From positions 276,551 through 340,550 of the forward strand of contig WGNJ01000018.1 in NCBI GenBank assembly GCA_016124635.1: a stretch of DNA of 64,000 nt, given 5' to 3'. Positions 8,987 through 18,525 of this stretch are shown here, in pieces; within the stretch, counting starts at the first letter, position 1; every line of letters starts with the position of its first letter. The DNA comes from Alphaproteobacteria bacterium. GTDB taxonomy: Bacteria > Pseudomonadota > Alphaproteobacteria > Micropepsales > Micropepsaceae. Under the pieces are notes generated by a model. It did no database searches and had not been told where the DNA came from. It saw nothing but the letters and a program-made list of their open reading frames with translations. A program made the position numbers and the translations under genes.

Positions 8987-10546
8987 ATGCTCGCCACCGC
9001 CATCATCGTCTTCCGTGAAGTTTTCGAAGCGGCCCTGATCATCAGCATCGTCGCCGCCGCGACGGCGTCAATGCCCGGGCGCAATCGATGGCTCGCGCTC
9101 GGCATTCTCGGCGGCGTCATCGGCGCGATCGCCGTCGCGCTCTTCGCAGGGCAAATCGCGCAACTGGCACAAGGCGTTGGCCAAGAGTTGCTGAACGCGA
9201 GCGTCCTGTTCCTCGCCGTTCTGATGCTCGGCTGGCACAACGTTTGGATGCAGAGCCACGGACGCGAGCTGGCCTCGGAAATGAGCGCCGTCGGGCGCGC
9301 GGTCAGCTCAGGCGCGAGGCCGATGTATGCGATCGCCATTGCGGTCGGCTTGGCTGTGCTGCGCGAGGGCTCCGAAGTCGTGCTCTTTCTCTACGGTATC
9401 GCGAGCGGCGGGACCGGCGCCGCTTCGCTGCTTGTCGGCGGACTTCTCGGCCTAGCGGCCGGCGCCGCCATCGGCTTGGCGATCTACGCCGGCTTGCTCC
9501 GGTTGGCGACGCGCTACCTCTTCGCAACGACGAGTTGGCTGATCCTCTTGGTGGCTGCCGGCCTTGCCTCGCAAGGCGCGAACTTCCTTGTGCAGGCCGG
9601 GCTGCTGCCGGCTCTCGGAAACGCGATCTGGGACACCTCCGCAATCCTGTCAGAGCAAAGCCTGCTCGGCCAAACACTGCACGTGCTTGTCGGATACGTA
9701 GCGCAGCCCTCGGGCATTCAGCTCGTCTTCTACGCGGCGACTTTGCTTGCGATCGGTGGAACGATGATCATCTTCAATCACCCAAAGACGGCCATGCGCG
9801 CTTCGAGCGCAGTGCTTGTTGCCGTTGCCCTGCCCTTCTTGTTCGCGAAGGATAGCGCTCGAGCGGCCGACAAAATCTACACGCCTTATGTCGAGTACCG
9901 GGAACTCGAGATCGAGTATCGCGGCACGCGCACCTTTGACGGCGACAGCGCGCTCGACAACGGCCAGTCGCACAAGTTGGCGATCGGTTACGGCTTCACG
10001 GAGTATTGGGCTTCCGAAGTCTACGCGCAGTGGAAGCGCGACCCGGGCGGCGAGACGGCGTTCGATGCATTCGAGTGGGAGAATAAATTCCAGATCACCG
10101 AGCCCGGCGAGTATTGGGCCGACTTCGGCGCACTCGTCGAATGGGAGCACAACGACCCGCACGATCCCGACGAGGTCGAAGTTCGCCTGTTGTTCAACAA
10201 GGACATCAGCAAGTTCAGCAACACGCTCAATCTCACCTTCGTCAAAGAACTCGGCGACAACTCCGCCCCAGGCGTTTCATTCGAATACGGGGCTCGCGTA
10301 AGCTACCGGCTCGACCAAATGTTCGAGCCGGCCGTCGAGGCGTTCGGCGAGATGGGCGAAATCGGCTCGTTCCCCGCGTTCGATCGGCAAAGTCATCAGA
10401 TCGGGCCAGCGATACTCGGCACGGTTCCGATTCCTGGCGGCGCGACGAAGCTCAAATACAATGTCGGATACTTCGTCGGCGTCTCGGACGATGCTCCGCA
10501 AGGCGAGTTCAAACTCGAGCTGGAGTTTGAAGTGCCTCTCGGTTGA
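8987..10546 (+). CDS. FTR1-family iron permease fused to a C-terminal beta-rich domain
   Basis: Two RExxE motifs (REVFE, REGSE) in a 7-TM N-terminal half of about 269 aa. Then an in-frame signal-peptide-like segment MRASSAVLVAVALPFLFAKDSARA (ATG 9794) and about 225 aa with alternating beta-strand patterns. Confidence 0.85.
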   Translation: MLATAIIVFREVFEAALIISIVAAATASMPGRNRWLALGILGGVIGAIAVALFAGQIAQLAQGVGQELLNASVLFLAVLMLGWHNVWMQSHGRELASEMSAVGRAVSSGARPMYAIAIAVGLAVLREGSEVVLFLYGIASGGTGAASLLVGGLLGLAAGAAIGLAIYAGLLRLATRYLFATTSWLILLVAAGLASQGANFLVQAGLLPALGNAIWDTSAILSEQSLLGQTLHVLVGYVAQPSGIQLVFYAATLLAIGGTMIIFNHPKTAMRASSAVLVAVALPFLFAKDSARAADKIYTPYVEYRELEIEYRGTRTFDGDSALDNGQSHKLAIGYGFTEYWASEVYAQWKRDPGGETAFDAFEWENKFQITEPGEYWADFGALVEWEHNDPHDPDEVEVRLLFNKDISKFSNTLNLTFVKELGDNSAPGVSFEYGARVSYRLDQMFEPAVEAFGEMGEIGSFPAFDRQSHQIGPAILGTVPIPGGATKLKYNVGYFVGVSDDAPQGEFKLELEFEVPLG

Positions 10547-10750
10547 GGCTCGGTCGGGCGGTGGCGGCCTGATCTGAGCCGCTTCCGGCCAGGCCTGCTC
10601 CCTTCCACGGCATTTGCTCGGCCCAAAGCGCGGTCACGCCTCGCTGGGGACGCCTTAGTTAATGACGCCGCCCCCTTGCCGACGACGCGCATATTGAAAG
10701 GTACGGGCCGATCCTTCAGGGTCCAAGCCTCTCGCAGGGGAGAGGCAAAG

Positions 10751-11173
10751 ATGAAGGCACGACATATTCGTCCCGCTGTCGTTGGGATTTCGCTGTTGAT
10801 GATTGCCGCGGCGCCGCCATCTAGCTCCACGGGCAACACCGACAACAACGACCGGCTGGCCGAACAGTCGCACATCTGCGGCTCGGGTCCGGACGATGCG
10901 GCGACGATTGCGGCTTGCACGGCGGTCATCTCGTCGGATCGCTATCAAGGCGAGGCGCTCGCGATCGACTATTTCAACCGCGGTTTGCATTACGCCAAAA
11001 CGCAACATTACGAGGAAGCAATCGCCGACTTCGATCAGGCGATCAAGATCAAGCCCGACTTCGCCAACGCCTATTTCGTCCGCGGCACCGTCAAGCAGGT
11101 GATGGGCGCCAACGAAGACGGCGCCGCCGATATCGCCAAGGCCAAGGAGCTCGATCCGACCATCGCGCCGTAA
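10751..11173 (+). CDS. TPR-repeat protein with signal peptide
   Basis: MKARHIRPAVVGISLLMIAAAP leader. TPR-like AIADFDQAIKIKPDFANAYFVRGTVKQVMG. GGGGAGAGG SD lies upstream. Confidence 0.8.
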   Translation: MKARHIRPAVVGISLLMIAAAPPSSSTGNTDNNDRLAEQSHICGSGPDDAATIAACTAVISSDRYQGEALAIDYFNRGLHYAKTQHYEEAIADFDQAIKIKPDFANAYFVRGTVKQVMGANEDGAADIAKAKELDPTIAP

Positions 11174-11182
11174 GCGCTTCGA

Positions 11183-12736
11183 TCAGCGTGCATTGAGGCG
11201 CGCGGACATCCGAGGCCGGAGTGCGAGAAATAGCGCGGCAAGCGCGACGACTCCGGTGAGGAGCGCGGCCACGCCCATATCAGGAAGCGAGACGACAAGC
11301 TCGGTCAGCGGGACACCTATAACCTCGCGCGGCAAGACGTACATCAAGCCGACCGCGGCCGCGCCGTAGATCAAGACCGTGATCACGCGACCCGTAATGC
11401 TGCGCGGCCGCCCGGTGCGCCAAAGCAAGACAAGAACCAACAGCAGCAATACCGGCACCGCGAACACGGCAGCGAGGATCAACCACGCCATCGTGTGGAT
11501 CGTCGCATCGTTGCGCGGCGCACGGCCGGCAAGCATGTTGATCACACCGCTCGAGATCTCCTGCGTATAAGGCGAGGTCAGCCAATTGCTGCCGTTGGTC
11601 AACAGAACCACCGCGCGGCGGTTTTGGAGATCGAGTGTGAATTCGGACGAGAACACACCGGTGTCGCCGGTGTGATAGACGACGGGAAGACCGTTGAACG
11701 TGTCGACCGCCCAACCCATCGCGTAGTGACCCTTGCCGGCGGGATCCATTGCGGCAACGCCCGTGTGCCAGGCTTCGAGCGACTGCGGCGAGATCCCGAG
11801 CTGAGCGGCTGTCGCCGAGCCAGGCAACTGCGCAGCCAGGTATTTTGCGATGTCGCTCGCCGAGGAGATCACGAAGCCGACGGGGACAAAGGCCGGCGGA
11901 TAGGGAACGTCGCCTTCGATGCTGGTGCCCAAGAACATCCGGTGGCCGTGCGCCATTAGTTCGCGCGGCGCCTCGGCAAGGCTCGCATAGGTGTGGCTCA
12001 TGCCAAGCGGCGCGAAGACATGCGCGCGCATATAGTCGCGATAGCGCTCGCCACTCGCCGTCTCGACGATCGCGCCGAGAACAACGTAGTTCGCATTGCT
12101 GTATTCGTAGGATGCGCCCGGCGCACGATCGAGCGCGTCGGGGCCAAGCCGGCGCGCCAAGTTTTGGATTGCCTGATCGCTGAGGTCCCCAGCGTCGAGC
12201 ACGGGCTGGTCACCGGCTTGGTGCGAAATGCCGCTCGTCTGGTTGAGCAGCATGCGCACGGTGATCGCTTGGCCGCGCGGGTCGCCGTGCAGGAAGGAAC
12301 CGCCAACGTAGCGGCCTGCTGGGTCGTCGAGATGCACCTTGCCGGCATCGACGAGTTGAAGAATCGCGAGCGCCGTCATCGACTTCGTCGTCGAACCGAT
12401 GATGAAGAGACTGTCCGGCGTTGCAGCGCGACCGCTATCATCGACCCGGCCGAAGCCTCGCATATAGATCGGCGCATCGCCTTCGACGATGCCGAGGGCC
12501 ATGCCCGGCAACCCCGAACGCTGAAAAAGCGCCTGCGCGTAAGCGTCGATGCGGTCGAGATCGGGACGAGGCTGCGCAAATGCAGGGGAGCCGACGGCGA
12601 GCGCGACAGCCGCAAAGAAAGCAGCTGCCCATTCCGTTCTTCCGAGCGACTTCGCCACCGCACCCTCCTCCACCTCAGCGTGCCGTTTCAGCTGGGGCTG
12701 GGACCGAGTCGCTGCAATGTAGCGCATGACAGTCAT
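11183..12736 (-). CDS. serine hydrolase (class C beta-lactamase/PBP-like) with C-terminal transmembrane helices
   Basis: SxxK motif in FIIGSTTKSMTALAILQLV. Signal-like AAAFFAAVALAVGSPAFA. Three hydrophobic helices in the last ~110 aa. The listed ORF extends to 13207, but ATG 12736/12727 fits better. Confidence 0.85.
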   Translation of the reverse strand: MTVMRYIAATRSQPQLKRHAEVEEGAVAKSLGRTEWAAAFFAAVALAVGSPAFAQPRPDLDRIDAYAQALFQRSGLPGMALGIVEGDAPIYMRGFGRVDDSGRAATPDSLFIIGSTTKSMTALAILQLVDAGKVHLDDPAGRYVGGSFLHGDPRGQAITVRMLLNQTSGISHQAGDQPVLDAGDLSDQAIQNLARRLGPDALDRAPGASYEYSNANYVVLGAIVETASGERYRDYMRAHVFAPLGMSHTYASLAEAPRELMAHGHRMFLGTSIEGDVPYPPAFVPVGFVISSASDIAKYLAAQLPGSATAAQLGISPQSLEAWHTGVAAMDPAGKGHYAMGWAVDTFNGLPVVYHTGDTGVFSSEFTLDLQNRRAVVLLTNGSNWLTSPYTQEISSGVINMLAGRAPRNDATIHTMAWLILAAVFAVPVLLLLVLVLLWRTGRPRSITGRVITVLIYGAAAVGLMYVLPREVIGVPLTELVVSLPDMGVAALLTGVVALAALFLALRPRMSARLNAR

Positions 12737-13061
12737 GCAATTCGTACATGCTCGCTCGACTTTCCGACTCGCGGTGCTCACTGGTCCGACCTCTGAAGCT
12801 CTATTGGCAGCCGTCAGAGACGATCGACCTTCGTGCGCTCGCTGATCTCGCTCTTGTGACTGAGGGCATGCTTTGGCCGGCCCCGGCTCACCAAAGTTAA
12901 CCCGGCCAAAAGCCTGCCCTTCCGGCGCTGGAGCAGAGAGCATTCTCCTATGAGGCGAGTGGCCGCAGTTCTTGCACCGGTCGCGGAGAGCGCCGGGGGT
13001 TGCGATCCTTTTTAGAGTATCGCATCTCTCCCGACCGCACTTCGTTCGAGGTTTGAGCACA

Positions 13062-15140
13062 ATGAAAAATCTGAGCCGTCGCGTTTTGATCGCGGGCGCC
13101 GCCGTTGGCGTTGCCGCTGCGTCGATCGCATTCGCCTTGCAGAGCAGCGTTGCCGCCCCCGGCGGCAAACCGGAAATCGGTTCGTGGGGCTTCGACCTTG
13201 CGGGCATGGATCGTTCGGTGAAGCCGGGTGACGATTTCTTCCGCTATGCCGGCGGCACCTGGATGAAGAACACGCAAATCCCGGCCGAGCGCACGCGCTG
13301 GGGCTCTTTCGATATGCTCGCCGCCCAATCCGAGCAGGACGTCAAGGACCTCGTCCAACAGGTTTCCAGTCACGCGCAGGCGCCGGGCTCGATCGAACAG
13401 AAGGTCGCCGACTTCTACTCGTCCTACATGGACACCAAGGGGATCGAAGCGGCCGGACTCAAGCCGTTCCAAGGCGACCTTTCGCGCATCGCCGGACTCA
13501 AGACGATGGACGACGTTGCCGCCTTGATCGGCGATCCGGCCTTCGCGGGCGATGCGCCGTTCCTGTGGGGCGTCGGACTCGACGATAAGAATCCGGACCG
13601 CTATTCGATCGACATCGTGCAATCCGGCCTCGGCTTGCCGGATCGCGACTATTATCTCAAGGACGATCCGAAGTTCGTCGAAGCGCGCACAAAGTACCGC
13701 GCTTACGTCGAGCAGATGCTGAAGCTCGCGAACTATCCGGATGCGGCGAAGGCCGCGGACGCGATCGTCGCCGTCGAACACAAGATCGCCGAAGCGCATT
13801 GGCCCAACGAGAAGCGGCGCGACGTCGAGCTCGCTTACAACCCGCGTACGCTCGCGGAGTTGAAGACGTCGGTGCCTGATTTCCCATGGGACGCAGCGCT
13901 GAATTCGTCCGGCATCAGCAGCCAAAACTTCTTCCTGTTGCGTATGCCGGAGCCGATAGCGAAGCTTGCAGCGCTGATGAAAGCGACGCCGATCGAGACG
14001 TGGCGCGCCTATTTCACCTTCCATTATCTGAACGCGCAGGCGGACATCATGCCTGTGGCCTTCGACGACGCGGCGTTCGAGTTCAACGGGCGCGTGCTCA
14101 ACGGTCAAGAGCAGAAGCTCGAACGGTGGCGCCGCGCGGTGCAGGCGCTGTCCGGCCGCTACGGTGAGCGGCCGCTGGGCCAGGGCGTGGGTGAGATCTA
14201 CGTCAAGACCCACTTCACGCCGGAAGCCAAGGCGCAAGTGCGTGAGATCGTCGACAATCTGCTCGCGTCCTATCGCGACCGCATCTCCAAGCTCGCGTGG
14301 ATGAGCCCGGAGACGCGCAAGGTCGCGATGCGCAAGGCCCAGACGGTCCGTATCAAGATCGGCTATCCCGACGAGTGGCGCGACTACTCGGCGCTCGAGA
14401 TCAAGCCGGGCGATGCGTACGGCAACCGCGTCCGCGCGGCCGTGTGGGATTGGAAGCGTCAAGCCGTCCGCCTGGCGCAGAAGACGGACAAGAGCGAATG
14501 GGGCATGAGCCCGCAGACGGTCAACGCCTATTACAATCCGACGTGGAACGAGATCGTCTTCCCGGCCGCGATCCTGCAGCCGCCGTTCTTCGATCCGAAC
14601 GCCGACCCCGCCATCAACTACGGCGGCATCGGCGGCGTGATCGGCCACGAAATGGGCCACGGTTACGACGATCAAGGCGCCAAGTCGGACGAGAACGGCA
14701 TCCTGCACGTGTGGTGGAACAAGAAGGACATCGAGCGCTTCCAGGTGAAGGTGAAAGCCCTCGCCGCGCAGTACTCGAAGTTCGAGCCACTGCCCGGCTT
14801 GCACGTCAACGGCGACTTCACGAGCGGCGAGAACATCGGCGACCTCGGCGGCGTGACCGTTGCGCATGCAGCCTACCTGCTCTCGCTCAAGGGCAAGACG
14901 CCGCCGGTGCTCGACGGCTTCACCGGCGAGCAGCGGTTCTTCCTGGGATGGGCGCAAGTTTGGCGCTCGCTCCAGCGCGACGCATCACTCCGCGTGCAGG
15001 TGACGAGCAACCCGCACTCGCCCGCCGAATACCGTTGCAACGGCGTCGTGCGCAACGTCGATGCCTGGTATTCAGCGTATGACGTGACCTCCGGCGACAA
15101 GCTTTATCTTGCGCCGCAGGACCGCGTGCACATCTGGTAA
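13062..15140 (+). CDS. M13-family zinc metallopeptidase (PepO/endothelin-converting-enzyme-like), paralog 1
   Basis: HEMGHGYDDQG (HExxH), GENIGDLGG, NAYYNPTWNEIVFPAAILQPPFF. The N-terminus MKNLSRRVLIAGAAVGVAAASIAFA is Tat-like. Confidence 0.93.
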   Translation: MKNLSRRVLIAGAAVGVAAASIAFALQSSVAAPGGKPEIGSWGFDLAGMDRSVKPGDDFFRYAGGTWMKNTQIPAERTRWGSFDMLAAQSEQDVKDLVQQVSSHAQAPGSIEQKVADFYSSYMDTKGIEAAGLKPFQGDLSRIAGLKTMDDVAALIGDPAFAGDAPFLWGVGLDDKNPDRYSIDIVQSGLGLPDRDYYLKDDPKFVEARTKYRAYVEQMLKLANYPDAAKAADAIVAVEHKIAEAHWPNEKRRDVELAYNPRTLAELKTSVPDFPWDAALNSSGISSQNFFLLRMPEPIAKLAALMKATPIETWRAYFTFHYLNAQADIMPVAFDDAAFEFNGRVLNGQEQKLERWRRAVQALSGRYGERPLGQGVGEIYVKTHFTPEAKAQVREIVDNLLASYRDRISKLAWMSPETRKVAMRKAQTVRIKIGYPDEWRDYSALEIKPGDAYGNRVRAAVWDWKRQAVRLAQKTDKSEWGMSPQTVNAYYNPTWNEIVFPAAILQPPFFDPNADPAINYGGIGGVIGHEMGHGYDDQGAKSDENGILHVWWNKKDIERFQVKVKALAAQYSKFEPLPGLHVNGDFTSGENIGDLGGVTVAHAAYLLSLKGKTPPVLDGFTGEQRFFLGWAQVWRSLQRDASLRVQVTSNPHSPAEYRCNGVVRNVDAWYSAYDVTSGDKLYLAPQDRVHIW

Positions 15141-15168
15141 GCACGCAGTTCGTCAGACAACCGCTCGG

Positions 15169-15203
15169 GCGCCGGAGGCAAAACCTCCGGCGCTTTCGTT
15201 TTT
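15169..15203 (+). terminator. rho-independent terminator after M13 paralog 1
   Basis: GCGCCGGAGG-CAAAA-CCTCCGGCGC followed by TTTCGTTTTT. Confidence 0.75.
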
Positions 15204-15214
15204 CGAGCTGACAC

Positions 15215-16063
15215 CTAGGCGGGTGGCGATATTCCGGCGGCGACGAGCGAGCGGATCGTGGCATCGCCGTTGGAGCGCTTGCTGCGCGCATATTCGCCCG
15301 GCGTGACGCCTGTCAGCGCCTTAAATTCGCGGATCATGTGCGGTTGATCGGCGAAGTTCAGTTCGAGCTTGTGTGGATCTCGTTCCCATGGCGACGGATG
15401 CAAGCGACGCATCAGCCTGTCGACGCGCAGAACGCGGCGATAGAGCCGCGGCGAGAAACCGTAGCGCAATTGAAACTGGCGGCGATGTTGACGCTCGCTC
15501 AGGCCTGCTGCTTCTGCGGCCCGACGAACGGCATCGACTCTGTCTTCAAGCAAATGCGACAGGGAACGATCGAGCGGATGCGTGTCGATTGGCTTGGTGC
15601 CCACCAGGCGGAGCACGAGTTCGGTCGTCGCAAGGGCCCAGTCGGGCGCGCTGCCGCGCGACACGATCCGTTCGATCTCGCCCGCCATTTGTGGTTGGAC
15701 ATCGGCGAGGGCGACGACACGATCGGTGACCTGCGCGGCGGGCCTTGCCACGAGAGCCTCAAACCCTTGCGGCGTGAGCGCGAAGCCGAACGCGCGCACG
15801 ACCTTGCGTGCGTATCCGTAACCCCAATTCACGCGCGGTCCCCACAGCGCGATACGCGGCACGGCGCACCATTCTTCTCCATCACCGCGCTCGCGAAGCC
15901 AATAGTCGTCGGCGAGCATGATCTGGATCGTGGGGCGAAGCTCCGGCAGCTCGTAGACGACGTCGCCGCACCTGCTGTCGTGACGATAGACGAAGCCCAT
16001 CACCCATGGCGCCACGCGTTTCTCGGCGGCGATGAAGGTGAGCTCGTCCGGCGGCGATGCCAT
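15215..16063 (-). CDS. AraC-family transcriptional regulator
   Basis: C-terminal HTH pair (AAEAAGLSERQHRRQFQLRYGFSPRLY ... FADQPHMIREFKALTGVTPGEY). The start is uncertain: the ORF is open to 16231, and I chose ATG 16063 (MASPPDELTF). Confidence 0.85.
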   Translation of the reverse strand: MASPPDELTFIAAEKRVAPWVMGFVYRHDSRCGDVVYELPELRPTIQIMLADDYWLRERGDGEEWCAVPRIALWGPRVNWGYGYARKVVRAFGFALTPQGFEALVARPAAQVTDRVVALADVQPQMAGEIERIVSRGSAPDWALATTELVLRLVGTKPIDTHPLDRSLSHLLEDRVDAVRRAAEAAGLSERQHRRQFQLRYGFSPRLYRRVLRVDRLMRRLHPSPWERDPHKLELNFADQPHMIREFKALTGVTPGEYARSKRSNGDATIRSLVAAGISPPA

Positions 16064-16160
16064 TGTCGCGGCCAGCCCCTCGAAGCGTGCGCTTTGTCCG
16101 AAACCTTCAATCACTGAGCGACGTCCGTGCGCTATCCATGAGCTAGAGAGTAGCATCGGC

Positions 16161-16943
16161 GTGGCGGAATTGCGGCGGGCGATAACCTTGCATTTACCGG
16201 CAAACAGCAGACGCATTTGGGGCGCGATCATCCCGCTCGCATTCGTGCTCGTCTCAGCGTTCCAAGATCCGCTTTATGACGCCAGCCCGCTCAAGGGCGT
16301 CCCGCACGGCTGGCCCATCTTCTTCTTCACCTACGGGATCGTGGCGCCGATCGCGGTGATGTCGCTCATCGATCGAGGGCCATCGCGCATCGTGCGGGAA
16401 ATCGGTTTGACCGCCAACCCTTGGCCCGCATTCCTGTTCACGGCGGTTGCGCTCTCGCCCGCTATCATCGGCTTCGCGCTCAAGGCCAAGATCGACCCCG
16501 GGCTCAAGGCCGACGACATCGTTTGGGGTGGGCTATTCTTTCCCTTCGTCGAGGAGACGTTCTTTCGCGGCGTGCTCTTTGGACAGCTCTACCAGCGCGC
16601 CGGATGGGGCTTTTGGCCGGCGGCGCTGGTGCCTGCCGTCGTTTTCGCCGCAGGGCACATGTATCAATCGCAGGATCCGGCGGAGCTCGCGCAAATCTTT
16701 GCCATCACAGGCCTTGGCGCCGTCGTCTTCTCCTATCTCTTCATGCAGTGGGGCGGGAACATCTGGGTGCCGTTTGCGGCGCACGCCGGGCTCAACATTC
16801 TCTGGACCGTGTTTGCCGTCAGCGACACGGCGCTCGGCGACACCTTCGCCAATGCGCTGCGGTTCGGCTCCATCGGCCTTGCCATTGCACTCTGCTTCAT
16901 CGGTCAGCGTGTCGGCTGGCTGAAACCGATTGCGCGCTCCTAG
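16161..16943 (+). CDS. CPBP-family intramembrane glutamic endopeptidase (second copy in window)
   Basis: FPFVEETFFRGVLFGQLY, AAGHMYQ and AAHAGLNILW motifs. The start is uncertain (GTG 16161, TTG 16170/16188). The listed start 16032 would overlap the AraC gene. Confidence 0.8.
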   Translation: MAELRRAITLHLPANSRRIWGAIIPLAFVLVSAFQDPLYDASPLKGVPHGWPIFFFTYGIVAPIAVMSLIDRGPSRIVREIGLTANPWPAFLFTAVALSPAIIGFALKAKIDPGLKADDIVWGGLFFPFVEETFFRGVLFGQLYQRAGWGFWPAALVPAVVFAAGHMYQSQDPAELAQIFAITGLGAVVFSYLFMQWGGNIWVPFAAHAGLNILWTVFAVSDTALGDTFANALRFGSIGLAIALCFIGQRVGWLKPIARS

Positions 16944-17003
16944 ACGTTTCCCGACCTCGGTCTCCCGTGCTACGACAGCCGCAAAACATGGGAGGACTAC
17001 CGC

Positions 17004-18407
17004 ATGAGCGCCTACAAATTGCTGATCAATGGCCGCCTGGAAGACGGCGACGCCACGATGAACGTGCTCAACCCGGCGACCGAAGACGTGCTTGCCGTCT
17101 GTCCGCGCGCCTCGAAGGCGCAGCTCGACAAGGCCGTCGCGGCGGCAAAAGCGGCGTTCCCGGCTTGGTCCAAGACGCCGATCGCCGAGCGCAAGAAAGC
17201 GCTGCTCGCGATCGCCGAGGTGATCGAGAAGAACGCGGGCGACCTCGCGCGCCTGCTCACGCAGGAACAGGGCAAGCCGATCGCCGACGCGACCATGGAG
17301 ATCTACGGGGCGGCGGCGTTCTTCAAATATTTCACCATGCTCGACCTGCCGGTGAAGGTGCTCGTCGACGGCAACGGCCAGCGCGTCGAAGCGCATCGCA
17401 AGCCGCTGGGCGTTATCGGCACCATCACGCCGTGGAACTTCCCGCTCATTCTGCTTGCCTTCAAACTGCCGCCGGCGTTGCTCGCCGGGAATACGGTCGT
17501 CGTTAAGCCGGCACCGACGACGCCTTTGACCACACTGCGCTTCGGCGAGCTGATCAAGGACCTCCTGCCGCCCGGCGTCGTGAATGTGATCGCAGATGCG
17601 AACGATCTCGGCGGCGCGCTGACCGCGCATCCGGACGTGCGCAAGATTTCGTTCACCGGCTCGACGGAGACGGGCAAGAAGGTGATGGCGAGCGCCGCGG
17701 CAACGCTCAAGCGCGTCACGCTGGAGCTCGGCGGCAACGATGCCGGGATCGTGCTCGACGACGTCAACCCGAAGGAGACGGCGCCGAAGCTGTTCCAGGG
17801 CGCGTTCCAGAACAACGGCCAGGTGTGCATCGCGCTGAAGCGGCTCTATGTGCACGAGTCGATCTACGACGAAATGTGCAACGAGCTTGCGGCGCTGGCG
17901 GAGCAAGCGATCGTGGGCGACGGCCTGCAACAGGGCACGCAACTCGGGCCGCTGCAAAACAAGATGCAGTACGAGAAGGTGAAGGAGATCCTGGCCGACG
18001 CGCGCAAGCACGGTAAGGTCATCGCGGGCGGCGAGGTTCCGGACGGCCGCGGCTACTTCATCAAGCCGACGATCGTGCGCGACGTTAAAGAAGGCGCGCG
18101 CGTCGTCGACGAAGAGCAGTTCGGCCCCGTTCTTCCGGTGATCAAGTACAAGGATACCGACGAGGCCGTCGCACGGGCGAATGCCTCACCGTACGGTCTC
18201 GGCGGCTCGGTCTGGTCGAAGGACAAGGACCGCGCTTACGAGGTCGCGAACCGGATGAACTCGGGCACCGTCTGGGTGAACAAGCATGCGGACCTCGCGC
18301 CGAACATTCCGTTCGGCGGTTCAGGCCAGTCCGGCTTGGGATCCGAACTCGGTGAGGAAGGCTTGGCCGAGTTCACCCAACTGCAGATCATCAACGTCGC
18401 GCTCTGA
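17004..18407 (+). CDS. NAD(P)-dependent aldehyde dehydrogenase family protein
   Basis: TPWNFPL, FTGSTETGKKV, LELGGNDA and FQNNGQVCIA (catalytic Cys) motifs. Confidence 0.93.
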   Translation: MSAYKLLINGRLEDGDATMNVLNPATEDVLAVCPRASKAQLDKAVAAAKAAFPAWSKTPIAERKKALLAIAEVIEKNAGDLARLLTQEQGKPIADATMEIYGAAAFFKYFTMLDLPVKVLVDGNGQRVEAHRKPLGVIGTITPWNFPLILLAFKLPPALLAGNTVVVKPAPTTPLTTLRFGELIKDLLPPGVVNVIADANDLGGALTAHPDVRKISFTGSTETGKKVMASAAATLKRVTLELGGNDAGIVLDDVNPKETAPKLFQGAFQNNGQVCIALKRLYVHESIYDEMCNELAALAEQAIVGDGLQQGTQLGPLQNKMQYEKVKEILADARKHGKVIAGGEVPDGRGYFIKPTIVRDVKEGARVVDEEQFGPVLPVIKYKDTDEAVARANASPYGLGGSVWSKDKDRAYEVANRMNSGTVWVNKHADLAPNIPFGGSGQSGLGSELGEEGLAEFTQLQIINVAL

Positions 18408-18525
18408 GCGGCTTGGCGCGCTGCTCCTCGGCGGCGCGCCAATTCACCTCGTCACTGAAATCGCTGTGGATGAGCAGGCCCTCTCATCGCCCCGCCGCTA
18501 GACATTAAGAACAAAACATGAACAT

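Noticed and set aside
9794-10546. Calling the C-terminal half of the FTR1 ORF a separate outer-membrane beta-barrel gene.
   Set aside because: No stop codon separates it from the permease, no SD precedes ATG 9794, and the C-terminus lacks a terminal aromatic residue. It is kept as one CDS and raised as a finding instead.
18408-18445. Hairpin TTGGCGCGC-N12-GCGCGCCAA after the aldehyde dehydrogenase gene as a terminator.
   Set aside because: The 12-nt loop and the absence of a U-tract make it weak, so it is not listed as a feature.
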